NCBI GenBank assembly: GCA_965202585.1
Contig: OZ241828.1
Location: 17,856,001 to 17,920,000 of the forward strand
Direction of reading: 5' to 3'
Source of the DNA: Thalia democratica
Taxonomy: Eukaryota
DNA: 64,000 nt
Part shown: piece after piece, positions 1 through 10,300 of the stretch
How the letters are laid out: each line of letters begins with the position of its first letter
How positions within the stretch are numbered: position 1 is the stretch's first letter
Notes under the pieces: generated by a model
The model's database searches: none
What the model was told of the DNA's origin: nothing
The model's input: only the letters and a program-made list of their open reading frames with translations
Made by a program: the position numbers and the translations under genes

Positions 1-1290
1 GGCTTTTCCTTTAACAAAAGTAAGCATAGGCTTTTTTAAAGTAAAATGTTTAGAAGACCGTAAAAATTTTTCTAGTTTATTTAAAGCAAAAATAAAAAAA
101 GTGTAACGTAGCCAATTCATTAAACAACATATTTGCAAAGTTCTAACTGTTTTTTTTAAGAATTGTTTGTGTGAGAGTGCTTAAAAGTATGTCTTTAACT
201 TTAACAAAAGCAAGCATAGGCTTTTCCTTTAACAAAAGTAAGCATAGGCTTTTTTAAAGTAAAATGTTTAGAAGACCGTAAAAATTTTTCTAGTTTATTT
301 AAAGCAAAAATAAAAAAAGTGTAACGTAGCCAATTCATTAAACAACATATTTGCAAAGTTCTAACTGTTTCTGTTAAGAATTTTTTGTGTGAGAGTGCTT
401 AAAAGTATGGCTAATACTTTTACAAAAGTAAACATAGGCTTTTTTAAAGTAAAATGTTTAGAAGACCGTAAAAATTTTTCTAGTTTATTTAAAGCAAAAA
501 TAAAAAAAGTGTAACGTAGCCAATTCATTAAACAACATATTTGCAAAGTTCTAACTGTTTCTTTTAAGAATTTTTTGTGTGAGAGTGCTTAAAAGTATGT
601 CTTTTACTTTAACAAAAGCAAGCATAGGCTTTTCCTTTAACAAAAGTAAGCATAGGCTTTTTTAAAGTAAATTGTTTAGAAGACCGTAAAAATTTTTCTA
701 GTTTATTTAAAGCAAAAATAAAAAAAGTGTAACGTAGCCAATTCATTAAACAACATATTTGCAAAGTTCTAACTGTTTCTTTTAAGAATTGTTTGTGTGA
801 GAGTGCTTAAAAGTATGGCTTTTACTTTATTAAAAGCAAGCATAGGCTTTTCCTTAACAAAAGTAAGCATAGGCTTTTTTAAAGTAAAATGTTTAGAAGA
901 CCGTAAAAATTTTTCTAGTTTATTTAAAGCAAAAATAAAAAAAGCGTAACCTAGCTAATGCATTAAACAACATATTTGCAAAGTTCTAACTGTTTTTGTT
1001 AAGAATTGTTTGTGTGAGAGTGCTTAAAAGTATGGATTTTACTTTTTCAAAAGTAAGCATAGGCTTTTTTAATGTAAAACGTTTGGAAGACCCTAAACAT
1101 TTTTCTAGTTTATTTAAAGCAAAAATAAAAAAAACTTAACGTAGCCAATTCATTAAACAACATATTTGCAAAGTTCTAACTGTTTCTGTTGAGAATTGTT
1201 TGTGTGAGAGTGTTTAGAAATATGGCTAATATATTTACAAAAGCAAGCATAGGTGTTTTTAAATATAAAATTTTAAAAGACTGTAAAATT
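1..1290. repeat. Tandem satellite, 190-bp monomer with an optional internal 28-bp duplication (218-bp variant); runs off the left edge of the window
   Basis: Anchor GAAGACC recurs at 53, 271, 461, 679, 896 and 1086, and degenerately at ~1276 (spacings 218, 190, 218, 217, 190, 190). The sub-repeat AACAAAAG(C/T)AAGCATAGGCTTTTCCTTT is present once or twice per unit. Confidence 0.95.
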
Positions 1291-1796
1291 TTCAATACAC
1301 TAAATTTAAAAAAACTATATAAAAAAATAATATAGATTAAAAAGGTGTACTTATTACAATAGTTTAAGAGTATAAGAAAGGGTAAAAATTGGGAGTTTGA
1401 TAAAAAGAGGTTTATAACCTAAACTCAAAAGTGAATGGTAATAAACTTTTATATCATTATCGATTAAATTTTCTTATTTTTAGGGTTTTTTTTTTTTTCT
1501 ACATATGTTTATTTATTTATTTTTATTTATAAGTTTATATCATTGCATTAATTTTTACCGATTATTAATAAATTTTTTTATCAGTTATTATTAATATTAT
1601 TATTTTATTACAGTTAAATATTTCTAAATTTAATAGTTATACTTATTATTTCCTTTATCTATTTATATTATTAATTTTTATGAAATAGATCGATTATATA
1701 TATTTATTTTATTATTAATTTTATTGATGTTCATCTTTTTTTAATTTACATTATTTATAATTTTTTTTTTACATTTTATTTCATCATAAAAAAAAT

Positions 1797-1996
1797 AACC
1801 GCTAGGTGGCTCGTTTCGGGTTAGGTTTTTTGAGTCCGGTCCAGACTTATCAATCTTGATTAATAAAACATACTTCTAAAATTTAAAAAGTTCTTTCGTA
1901 AAGATTGACAAGTTTTAAAAAGTTCGTCGGTAGTTTGGCTTGATATATGCAAATTAGCAAAAGTTCGTCGAAAAAGTTCGTCAAAAAAGACGACTA
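1797..1996. mobile_element. Probable terminal fragment of a DNA transposon abutting the left end of the segmental duplication
   Basis: Locally GC-richer block with GGGTTAGG, three direct AAGTTCGTC repeats (~1920, 1961, 1974) and a terminal GACGACTA, after which homology to 15888 and 29528 begins. Family not identified. Confidence 0.4.
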
Positions 1997-4900
1997 TTTG
2001 TTTGAGCAATGCTTACAAATCTTAACTAACTTATTTTCCTTTCAAAAGATGATAAATACTCACATAATTAATTTACCAAACAAAAATTCGAGTTTATATA
2101 ATTAAAATAGAAATCAAAACCAACAAATGAAATTAATCAACTATCAAACCTAAATAAGATTATTAGAAGGAGCATACATTATTTAAAAGCTTTATTTTTT
2201 AATCATAGTTGTTGCAACTGCTAATAACTTTTTCTCTACTAAATTTTAGTACATTAAAACAGTTTATTATATTATAATAAATTTGACAAAATTAACATTG
2301 CTCAATATGAGAAAATACTGCACTATTTGTTGGTTTAGTAAGTTATACATATGTAACTTTAATAGTTATCAAGTTTGCTATGATAGACCGCTTAGATAAA
2401 CATTTTACTTTACTTTGATAATATCAATAAAAACATCTTTTTTCTTATGTTTAAAATAAACAGTAAATTTATAAACCAAAACTCTATTTAACCATAAAAA
2501 AAAAACCCCAAGCACTAAAGAAACACTTTGAATTTATTAAAAAAATTTCAGTATCAGATTATTTTCTATAAGTTGAACAAAACAGTTTTTAAATTATTTG
2601 TAATTGTAAATACTTACTTATTGTTTCACTTTGCATAGTCAATGAGATTTAGTGACAGAGAGGTCCACCGGTCAGTGATTTGTCATGGTCAGTGATCAAA
2701 TTTAAGAACAGAAACTGAAAAAAAAAAAAAAAGTTATAAATAATATAATACATAAAGTTGATTTAAACTGGTATTTTTATTAAAATAGTCATGTGTGTGC
2801 ATGTCTAACAACTTAAGTAAAGTACACACAACTGTTATGCTAACAGACATTATAAATTTGTTTAAAAAAACATAAAAATATTACTTTTAATAAATGTGTT
2901 TTACTCATTATAAATACAAACAAGTTGGTTTACATTAAAAATAATTCTCATAGTATAAAAACAACATTGCCACTCTATAAAACAAAAAACTATCCTTAGT
3001 GACCTTGTACAGTCTTAAGTCATCCTGTGCTTTTTTTCAAATCATATTAAAAATCTTAATTTAATTGAAATAAACTTTTCAAATCAATATGAATCATGTT
3101 TTAAAATAAAACAGGTTATAAAATATCAAAACATTGTTACTGGACCAACTTTATCTGTATCAAGATCTAGAAAAAAAAATAGCCTAAGACTTTTAAAAAC
3201 ATAAAACTATTTTGAGTTGTCCTTACTCAACCTTAGTTAGATTTAAAAAATTTAAACTCTGCTGAACAATATTGAGTATTTTGAATGTATGGCAAGCATG
3301 ATACAAAATACTTATAAACTTTTGGTAAAAATGAAAAGTATTAATAATTTGATCTATTTTTACAACATTACACTTATATAAAGATAAAATGTTTTAAGAG
3401 AAAGTGTTGCTTAAGAAAAAATTAATTTTATATATTTAGATATATAAATGTAAAAGTACTGGGTGTAAGGGACTGGGATGGGGGCTTATAAATTTATATG
3501 CTCATCTGTTTACCAGAGGTCTTAACTACTTTATCTACTTTATAGATAGCTGATGTATCAATTAAATGTTATTTGTCATCAGTCACCTAAAGGTTAGAAT
3601 TTTTTTTCTATACCCTTAATAGGTTTTAACCAAAACGCTTTGTAAAATTTTAGCATGGGTGGCATACTTTCAGAAAAAAAGAATAGTTTAAGTTTGTGTA
3701 TCAGGTTAAACCTTTTTTAAAAACTTGTAAATAGTTATATAAAATAGTTATTTACTGCTATGATCAAATTATATGTTAATGAAACTAAAGCTTTTAGCTT
3801 TTGTGTTTTACCAGGTAAAATGTATTATACTGTTATCTTAATCTTCAAATTACATACATGGTTTGTCTTATAGTATGGCTCTGTTTGATATATAAGAGTT
3901 GAACAACTCTAAGTTGTAGATAATAATACTATCATTGAAATATACTCACCACTGTACTATACCAAAAACTTGCAGAAATAAATTTATTGGGTGGATTATA
4001 TAAGAAGATATTCTTGTAAACAAACTTTCAAAACACTAGGTGCTTATTTCTTTTTTTAAGTATTCGCTGTTCAAATACTAGTCATATCACTTACAACAGT
4101 ATTGAGTATTGACATTCTATATGAAAAATATTTACTTTTTTTATAACCGATAAATATCAATATGTACGGAACCCAATTTACAAATTAACTTAAAAAAAAT
4201 TACGTTTAAAATAACCATGCTATAAAATTAAAAATCAAAAAAATTAAATTCTTGCAATATTCACAAATTTAAACATACTATCAAAAAATTACAAAATGTT
4301 AAATTTGACTAATAAAACTAGGTTTTAATAAAAACATTTTTAATAGATTTCTTTATAAAAATTGTTACAACAGAAAGTTATTTTTACATCTATAAAACTC
4401 GCACAAATAAACGTTTTAGAACGTTTGTATAATGTTTCAATTTTTTTTTAAATAGAGTAGTTTTATCCGTGAAAAACTATGTGAATGAAAGTTAAACTTC
4501 AAAACAGGAAAAGAAAGCAGTTACTAGTTAATGTTATATTTACCAGACCAAAAAAGTACAGAAAAACAAGTTTAATATTTTTTTGTTTAACAATACATAT
4601 GGTTGAAAAAGTTTAATTTTTGCTTCAGAATTTAAAGAATATTAAAATTTATTTTGGATTTTTTACATAACAGTTTATACCATATATTTTGAAATTTAAA
4701 AGCGTCAATTAGCCTAAACAAGTTAAAACGTCTTATTTTTGTATTGTATGTCTATAAAAAAAACAGTAGTTAAGTTGGTGTCTATTGTTAATGTTATTTT
4801 AGTTTATAAACTTTTCAGTTGTTGGTTTTATGAGTATACATGTAAAACCGCGGTTATTTTTCTTAATGATTTTTGTAAAAAAAAATATCTTTAAAACTTA

Positions 4901-5467
4901 ACTTTTATCAATACTTGTGCAAATGATATAAAAACTCCAAACTTAAATATTAAATTAATTCAATAACTGCTTACTTAGATGCTTTAAACAGCTTTCTTAT
5001 GATATGATTATGATATGATTATGATTTACTAAACTTAAGTAAAAGAAAAAAAATGTAGCATAATAAAGTTAAATAAGCATTTGTAAGCAAATTTTAAAAT
5101 TTTTCTAGTAACTAATATTGTTTCAAACATAAAAGTTTATGTAAAAAAAAAATTACAAAACGAATAGTAAAAACTTTTTTAACATTTTATATCATATATC
5201 AATATAAAACACAGCAAACAGCTTGATGAGTAGTGATGACACGACAATAAAGGAATTGCTTATTTATGGTTGATACTCATTTTTTCTTAAAAGTTTTATC
5301 TTCAATTTACTACTCTTTGTATTAGCACTTATATATGCTACCTTTTGTTAACTTCTTACACTTAAATAATGATTTAGCCGCCACTAATAGCTGTAATAGT
5401 GCACCAAGTAGTAGGTTAAATGAAATGCTAAGTATGTGGGGAAGTAGTGGTCACAAAACTTCGGCAA

Positions 5468-5557
5468 CAAGTAGTCCAAGTAATTGAACTATTTGTAGTC
5501 CAAGTAGTTGGACAACCTGTAGTACAATTAATTAAACAACCTGTAGTCCATGTAAAT
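5468..5557. repeat. 24-bp minisatellite (~4 units) with internal palindrome GTCCAA-GTAG-TTGGAC; also at 19347-19436 and 32986-33075
   Basis: Units TGTAGTCCAAGTAGTTGGACAACC, TGTAGTACAATTAATTAAACAACC and related variants read directly. Confidence 0.8.
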
Positions 5558-5634
5558 AAATGTTAAATAAAAATGTTGTATATTAATTTTTTTTTCATTT
5601 AAATAGATTTGAAATAATGACCAACAAAATTCAA

Positions 5635-6041
5635 TAGGATTATATCGGCTAGATCCGCATAGTAATTACTAACTGGGATACTGCCAGATCCAGATCTAAA
5701 AAGGGATTATCATGCTTGATCCGGTATATTAGTTATTTGAACAGCCCCGTCAAGGACAAATTTTATCTTGATTCGAACCGCCGATTAAAAACGTTGTCCA
5801 CTTTTATACTAAACTAAAAAAGAAATTATGTACTACCAGTAAATAAAGTTTAATAAGATTACCAAGTTCATAAGATTATAGTATTATAGTATATCGGCTA
5901 GATCCGTATAGTAATTTCTAACCGGATCTAAAAAGGGATTACCATGCTTGATCCTTAAACTTAATCCGGTATAGTAGTAATTTGTACTGCCCTGCCAAGG
6001 ACTAATTTTATCATGATCCGGACCGCCGATGCCCACCCCTA
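5635..6041. mobile_element. Two tandem degenerate hAT-like MITE remnants (5635-5806, ~5887-6041); single collapsed copy at 19514-19686 and 33153-33325
   Basis: Right end GCCGATGCCCACCCCTA (reverse complement TAGGGGTGGGCATCGGC, a hAT-type terminus), degenerate left end TAGGATTATATCGGC, and repeated GATCC(G) subterminal motifs. Confidence 0.5.
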
Positions 6042-6158
6042 TACTAAACTAAAAAAGAAGTTTTGTAATACTAGTAAATAAAGTTTAATAAACACTTAAA
6101 CATTTTGATAAAACACTTTATCACTATATGAACACATTGTTGCATACAAACAGATCTT

Positions 6159-7571
6159 TTAAATCGATACGGTTTCTAAGAACCATGGCACCTTGACGCA
6201 CGAAAACCTTTCTTTTGTTTGCATGGTCGCGCAGGGTTTTTTCGACCATTCGCTCCCATCAACGTCGTAACAAGCAACGTACGGCTCTCCGCTTTGAAAA
6301 ATTGCGATCACGCCTCCGAACGCCACCGCTCCGTGCACGGCCGTTTCCCACAGGTAAGGTGGCGATTTGATAGAAACGAAACTGCCGCCAACGTCGTCGA
6401 AAACCTCGCACTCTCCCGCTCCGTCCCCGAAAACATACAACTTTTGCCGCAAGGCCACCGTGTAGTGACGGCCCCTGCAGCGGATCATGCTCGGCATTGC
6501 CAGCCACTTGTCGTTGGCGTGATCGTAACGCTCCGCCCAGTTCAGCCTCTTGTGCTGCTGATCCATACCGCCGGTGACCACGACCGTTCCGTTGAAAAGC
6601 GCGCACGCTGTCACTGCCCTCGCGCCCACCTTCATTTCGGCCAGCTCTTTCCACTCGAAGCCGGCCGTGTCCAGTTGCAAGCAAGAGCCGTGGACGGGGT
6701 ACGGATATTCGGGAGACCAGCCCCCGAAAGTTAAAATTTTGTTGGCAACGGCGCAAACGGAAAAGCTGTGGCGCGCGTCGAAGGCGTCTGCCACTTTCGT
6801 CCACGTGTTGTTGGCTGGTGAGTACCTTTCAACGTACATTTCATAGTGCTCACAGCCATCTAAAACGTAAACTTCCCCTTCAATGCAAACTGCTTGGATA
6901 TCATGTCGTTCTGCCAGCATGGGGGGAAGAGCTTCTGCGCTTTTAAAATCGCACAACTGGATGACATCTCTGCAGTATTCGACGGGTTTAAAACCAGAGA
7001 GATACTTCAAATCTCCTAGAATTAGTAAGTTAGAACTTGCCCTATAAGAATAAAGGCTAATGCAATTGACTCCTAACTTATTACGAAAAAAAAAATTTTG
7101 ATCATGCAACACATCTTTGAACACTGTAATACCTTCATCAGTTTTGTAATACAATGAAGACTCTCTGAAAAGTCTTTTTAAAACACCTTTTGGTAGTGAG
7201 TAAACACGTAGTTTTAACAAAAGGTTTTTGGCAAACTTACCACGTTCATTAATTTTGTAAGTTAGCCAACTTTCGGCTGCACGAAGCACTTTAAGTTCTA
7301 ACTTTGCAAGTAAACTGGAACTTGAAAGTAGTTTTACTACAGAAATATATTCCAGTTCTAGAAAACTTATAGTTGCAACTACCAAAGTAAAGCACTCTTC
7401 CATGAAATTGATGGAAAATTTCGAAATTGTTTTTAAATCAAAAACTTCTGCTAATTTATACAACATAATTACATTTTTAGCAGAAAATTTTTCTTTTATT
7501 TTATTGTACCATTCTCTTTCACAACTCGTTGTGGTGTTAATAAAAATCTTCTTCTGTTTAATATAAAACAT
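6159..7571 (-). CDS. Intronless Kelch-like (degenerate BTB remnant, BACK, Kelch repeats) putative Cullin-3 substrate adaptor, 470 aa; only fully open copy
   Basis: BACK-like segment NVIMLYKLAEVFDL...FLELEYISVVKLLSSSSL...VLRAAESWL...LLLKLRV. Kelch repeats with GG/Y/W signature (VYVLDG..VERYSPANNTWTKVA; VVVTGG..AERYDHANDKWLAMPSM). True start uncertain because an in-frame TAG lies at 7587-7589. Confidence 0.85.
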   Translation of the reverse strand: MFYIKQKKIFINTTTSCEREWYNKIKEKFSAKNVIMLYKLAEVFDLKTISKFSINFMEECFTLVVATISFLELEYISVVKLLSSSSLLAKLELKVLRAAESWLTYKINERGKFAKNLLLKLRVYSLPKGVLKRLFRESSLYYKTDEGITVFKDVLHDQNFFFRNKLGVNCISLYSYRASSNLLILGDLKYLSGFKPVEYCRDVIQLCDFKSAEALPPMLAERHDIQAVCIEGEVYVLDGCEHYEMYVERYSPANNTWTKVADAFDARHSFSVCAVANKILTFGGWSPEYPYPVHGSCLQLDTAGFEWKELAEMKVGARAVTACALFNGTVVVTGGMDQQHKRLNWAERYDHANDKWLAMPSMIRCRGRHYTVALRQKLYVFGDGAGECEVFDDVGGSFVSIKSPPYLWETAVHGAVAFGGVIAIFQSGEPYVACYDVDGSEWSKKPCATMQTKERFSCVKVPWFLETVSI

Positions 7572-9184
7572 AACTCCATTTTTACCCTAATTATTACCTT
7601 TAAAAGAAAGTTTGATTAACATACTTTTTGTAAATTATAAACAAATTGATTTAAAACTCTCAAGTTAGTTTTTAGTTGCTGATAGAATTTAGGTTATTTT
7701 ACTATTTAACGTAAAAAGTAAGATCTTTTTAAACTTAATAACGTATACTACTGATCATAGTTTTTTTGGACTTTGGCAAATTTTATGTGTGTTATCTTGC
7801 TTGAGACACAGAAACATATTTAAGTTCAATAAAGAAAGTGTACTGTAAACATTTGTTGTTATTATATATTGAATAATATAAATGAATACTAGGTTATCGA
7901 AATTGAACTATTCAAATTACTTTTGAACTAATTTAAATTTTATATTTTAAATTATTAGCTTAACTGTATGATTAAATCAAAAAATTTGAAAACAACTTTA
8001 TTCTCCATTTTTCAATCCTTATGGAATTTAAAACTGTAACAGGATATCAACTTGATTACTGTTTAGATTTGGTTTGAAGTTTTGAGCTAAAAGTTAATTC
8101 AAGCGGTTAAGAGAAAGCTTGCAAATTAATATTTTATTTACTTATATATTATATAAATTTATATATCAAATAAAATAATACTTAGGGCACTTTGTCATTT
8201 TTTAGCTGTGACTGTTACTGGTTGTATGTATTTCCTTTTGTTTATTATGTTTACCATTTCGTATTTTACGAGAGCTTGTTATGTGAAGTTTCACTAAAAT
8301 TATGTGCTATAAAGTAAGTTATATGTTTATATAAATGAATAGCTTATTATAATTTGATAGTTTGTTTTTCATTAGAAGAAATAGGTAAATTAGTTAAACA
8401 AATAAATGAAGTTTAAAGTAATTGAAAAGTAAAATTACAAACTATTTGTTTACTGTAGTTTGCATAGAAACAAAAAATGTTGTGAAAATTTAGAAAGAAA
8501 TGCATTTGAAAGGGCATATTACGTAAGATGTATATTTTAAGAAAAAAAAATTTCGCTCAGTATTAGTGCTAAGCTTTTAGGGTGGAGGCGGGGACGTGGT
8601 GGTTACGGGAGAGCGACAGCGTGTGGTGAAGAACCCGTAAACTTTTTTAATTTTTTTTTTTCTAAAGTCGATATGGTGCAATCTTGTGGGTTTGCGACAC
8701 CTAGCGGATAAAAAAATTAGAAATTTAACTTTGATTTTTATTTAAAATAAACTAATTTCGCGATGTGTTTAAAATTCGTAATCAATTAGGCAGTTTTACA
8801 ATTTTTTTAGAATTCAGAGCTCAAAAACCTCGGGAACTTCTTTAAGATAATGGAAAGATTTACGGTTTTATATTTAATGAAAGATTAGCGTTATTATAAT
8901 GAACTAAAGTCTAAGTTATAACAAGTTTTTCAAAGTCAACAAGTTAAACTGCGTATATTATAAAATCTATGAAAAACTGTGAAAATTTATTAAATTTTAT
9001 TGCTTTGATTTTAAGTAAATGAGCTGTATTAAATTTATTTAAACTATAACAACATAAATAACAAGCTATTTAAAAACTAACATTAATTGAAGCAATTACA
9101 GCAAAAGCTAAACTACAAAGTAAAATTTCATTTTTAAGTGAACTAATTAATGTTTTTTTTTGAATTCGGATAAACTTAATAATA

Positions 9185-10300
9185 AATGCATATTTCTAAG
9201 TACAACATTTCTAAAACAGCACTCATTACAGCAGATTAATCAAGGTAATGGAGTACAATACAAAACCAGAAAAAGTTGGTTTGAATATTTATGTTAAGCT
9301 TAAAGCCTTGTGAAATTTTATATTTATTATCACGCTTCTATTACATAACTCGTAATTATTTGTCCTTTACAGTTCAAATAATATTTTTGTTTGATAGTAC
9401 GATTGTTATAATTAACTGTAGCCCGCCTAAAACTTTTCTTCTATGTTCCGCGAGCAACTACTTCTAGCAAAATCGATCTAACACTTGTAAAAGGTTGCCG
9501 TACGCTCTACTTCACAAATGTATAGCAAATAGTTTTTCTTGTAAACATTATTGTTGTTTTCTTTTTAAAGTTTGCAGTTTGTTTTAACACGCTAAAACGT
9601 ATTTTAAAAGAGCTATACATAAAAGCTGTATCTTAAATCAAGAAAAGCTGTATAGAAATCAGTAAAAGCTTAGAAATAGAGCAACGAATAAAACTTATGA
9701 AAAGTTGTTAACTCATGTTTGTTTGTTATTCAAAAAAAGAGATTTTTAAGTAAATTTTCTGTCTATGTATGAACTCATGTTAAATTTATTAAAAGTTTAC
9801 AATAAAAATGATTTTTTTTTTCAAAGCTTACAAAAGTTTCAGTAATTCTTCCACTTTCATTAAATACTAACGTACAAAATTAAAGGTTCGTATTTAACTA
9901 AACATAAATTTTTTTGAATCAAACATTGTTTGTTTTTTCTCTGGTTGGAGTAAACTTTACATATAAATGCATATAGTTCCTAAAACAGTAGTCATTACAG
10001 TCATAAAAGCAGATTAAGCAAGGCGATGGAGTAAAGTACCCACCCAGACAAAACGGGTCTGAATCTCGGCAAAACTTATATCAAGCTTAATTTTACATTA
10101 AACTTTTATTATAATTATCAGGCTTTTAATCAAAATTTGTAACCACTTATCCTTTATAGTTTAAAATCGTGTTTCTTATTGAATACAATTATTTCATGTA
10201 ACTTTAGCCCGCGGAAACTTTTTATATATTCTGCTCGCAACTCTTCCTAAAAAGAATGGCCTTTTACCTATAAAAGGTTGCCGTACCTTGTATTTTACTC
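9185..10300. repeat. Old diverged direct duplication (~9185-9520 vs ~9965-10300); repeated at ~22815-23940
   Basis: Shared ATGCATAT..CTAAAACAG..CATTACAG..GCAGATTAA.CAAGG..ATGGAGTA, TAGCCCGC and AAAGGTTGCCGTAC blocks about 780 bp apart. Confidence 0.75.

Noticed and set aside
361-546. 61-aa minus-strand ORF
   Set aside because: Lies within the satellite; a chance frame in one monomer.
1-1290. CRISPR-like repeat-spacer array
   Set aside because: Whole monomers are repeated with no unique spacers, and the context is eukaryotic with no cas genes.
6219-6846. Overlapping ORFs 6219-6734(+), 6259-6804(-), 6574-6846(+) and their equivalents at 19812-20490 and 33501-34300
   Set aside because: Shadow frames kept open by the high GC of the Kelch-coding region; no independent start context or domain features.
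8567-8720. GC-rich patch (also 22200-22350) and the GGG-rich patch at ~3465-3490 as promoters or G-quadruplexes
   Set aside because: They resemble eroded hAT-MITE interiors (GGTGCAATC, T-runs); no termini definable and too few G-tracts for a confident G4.
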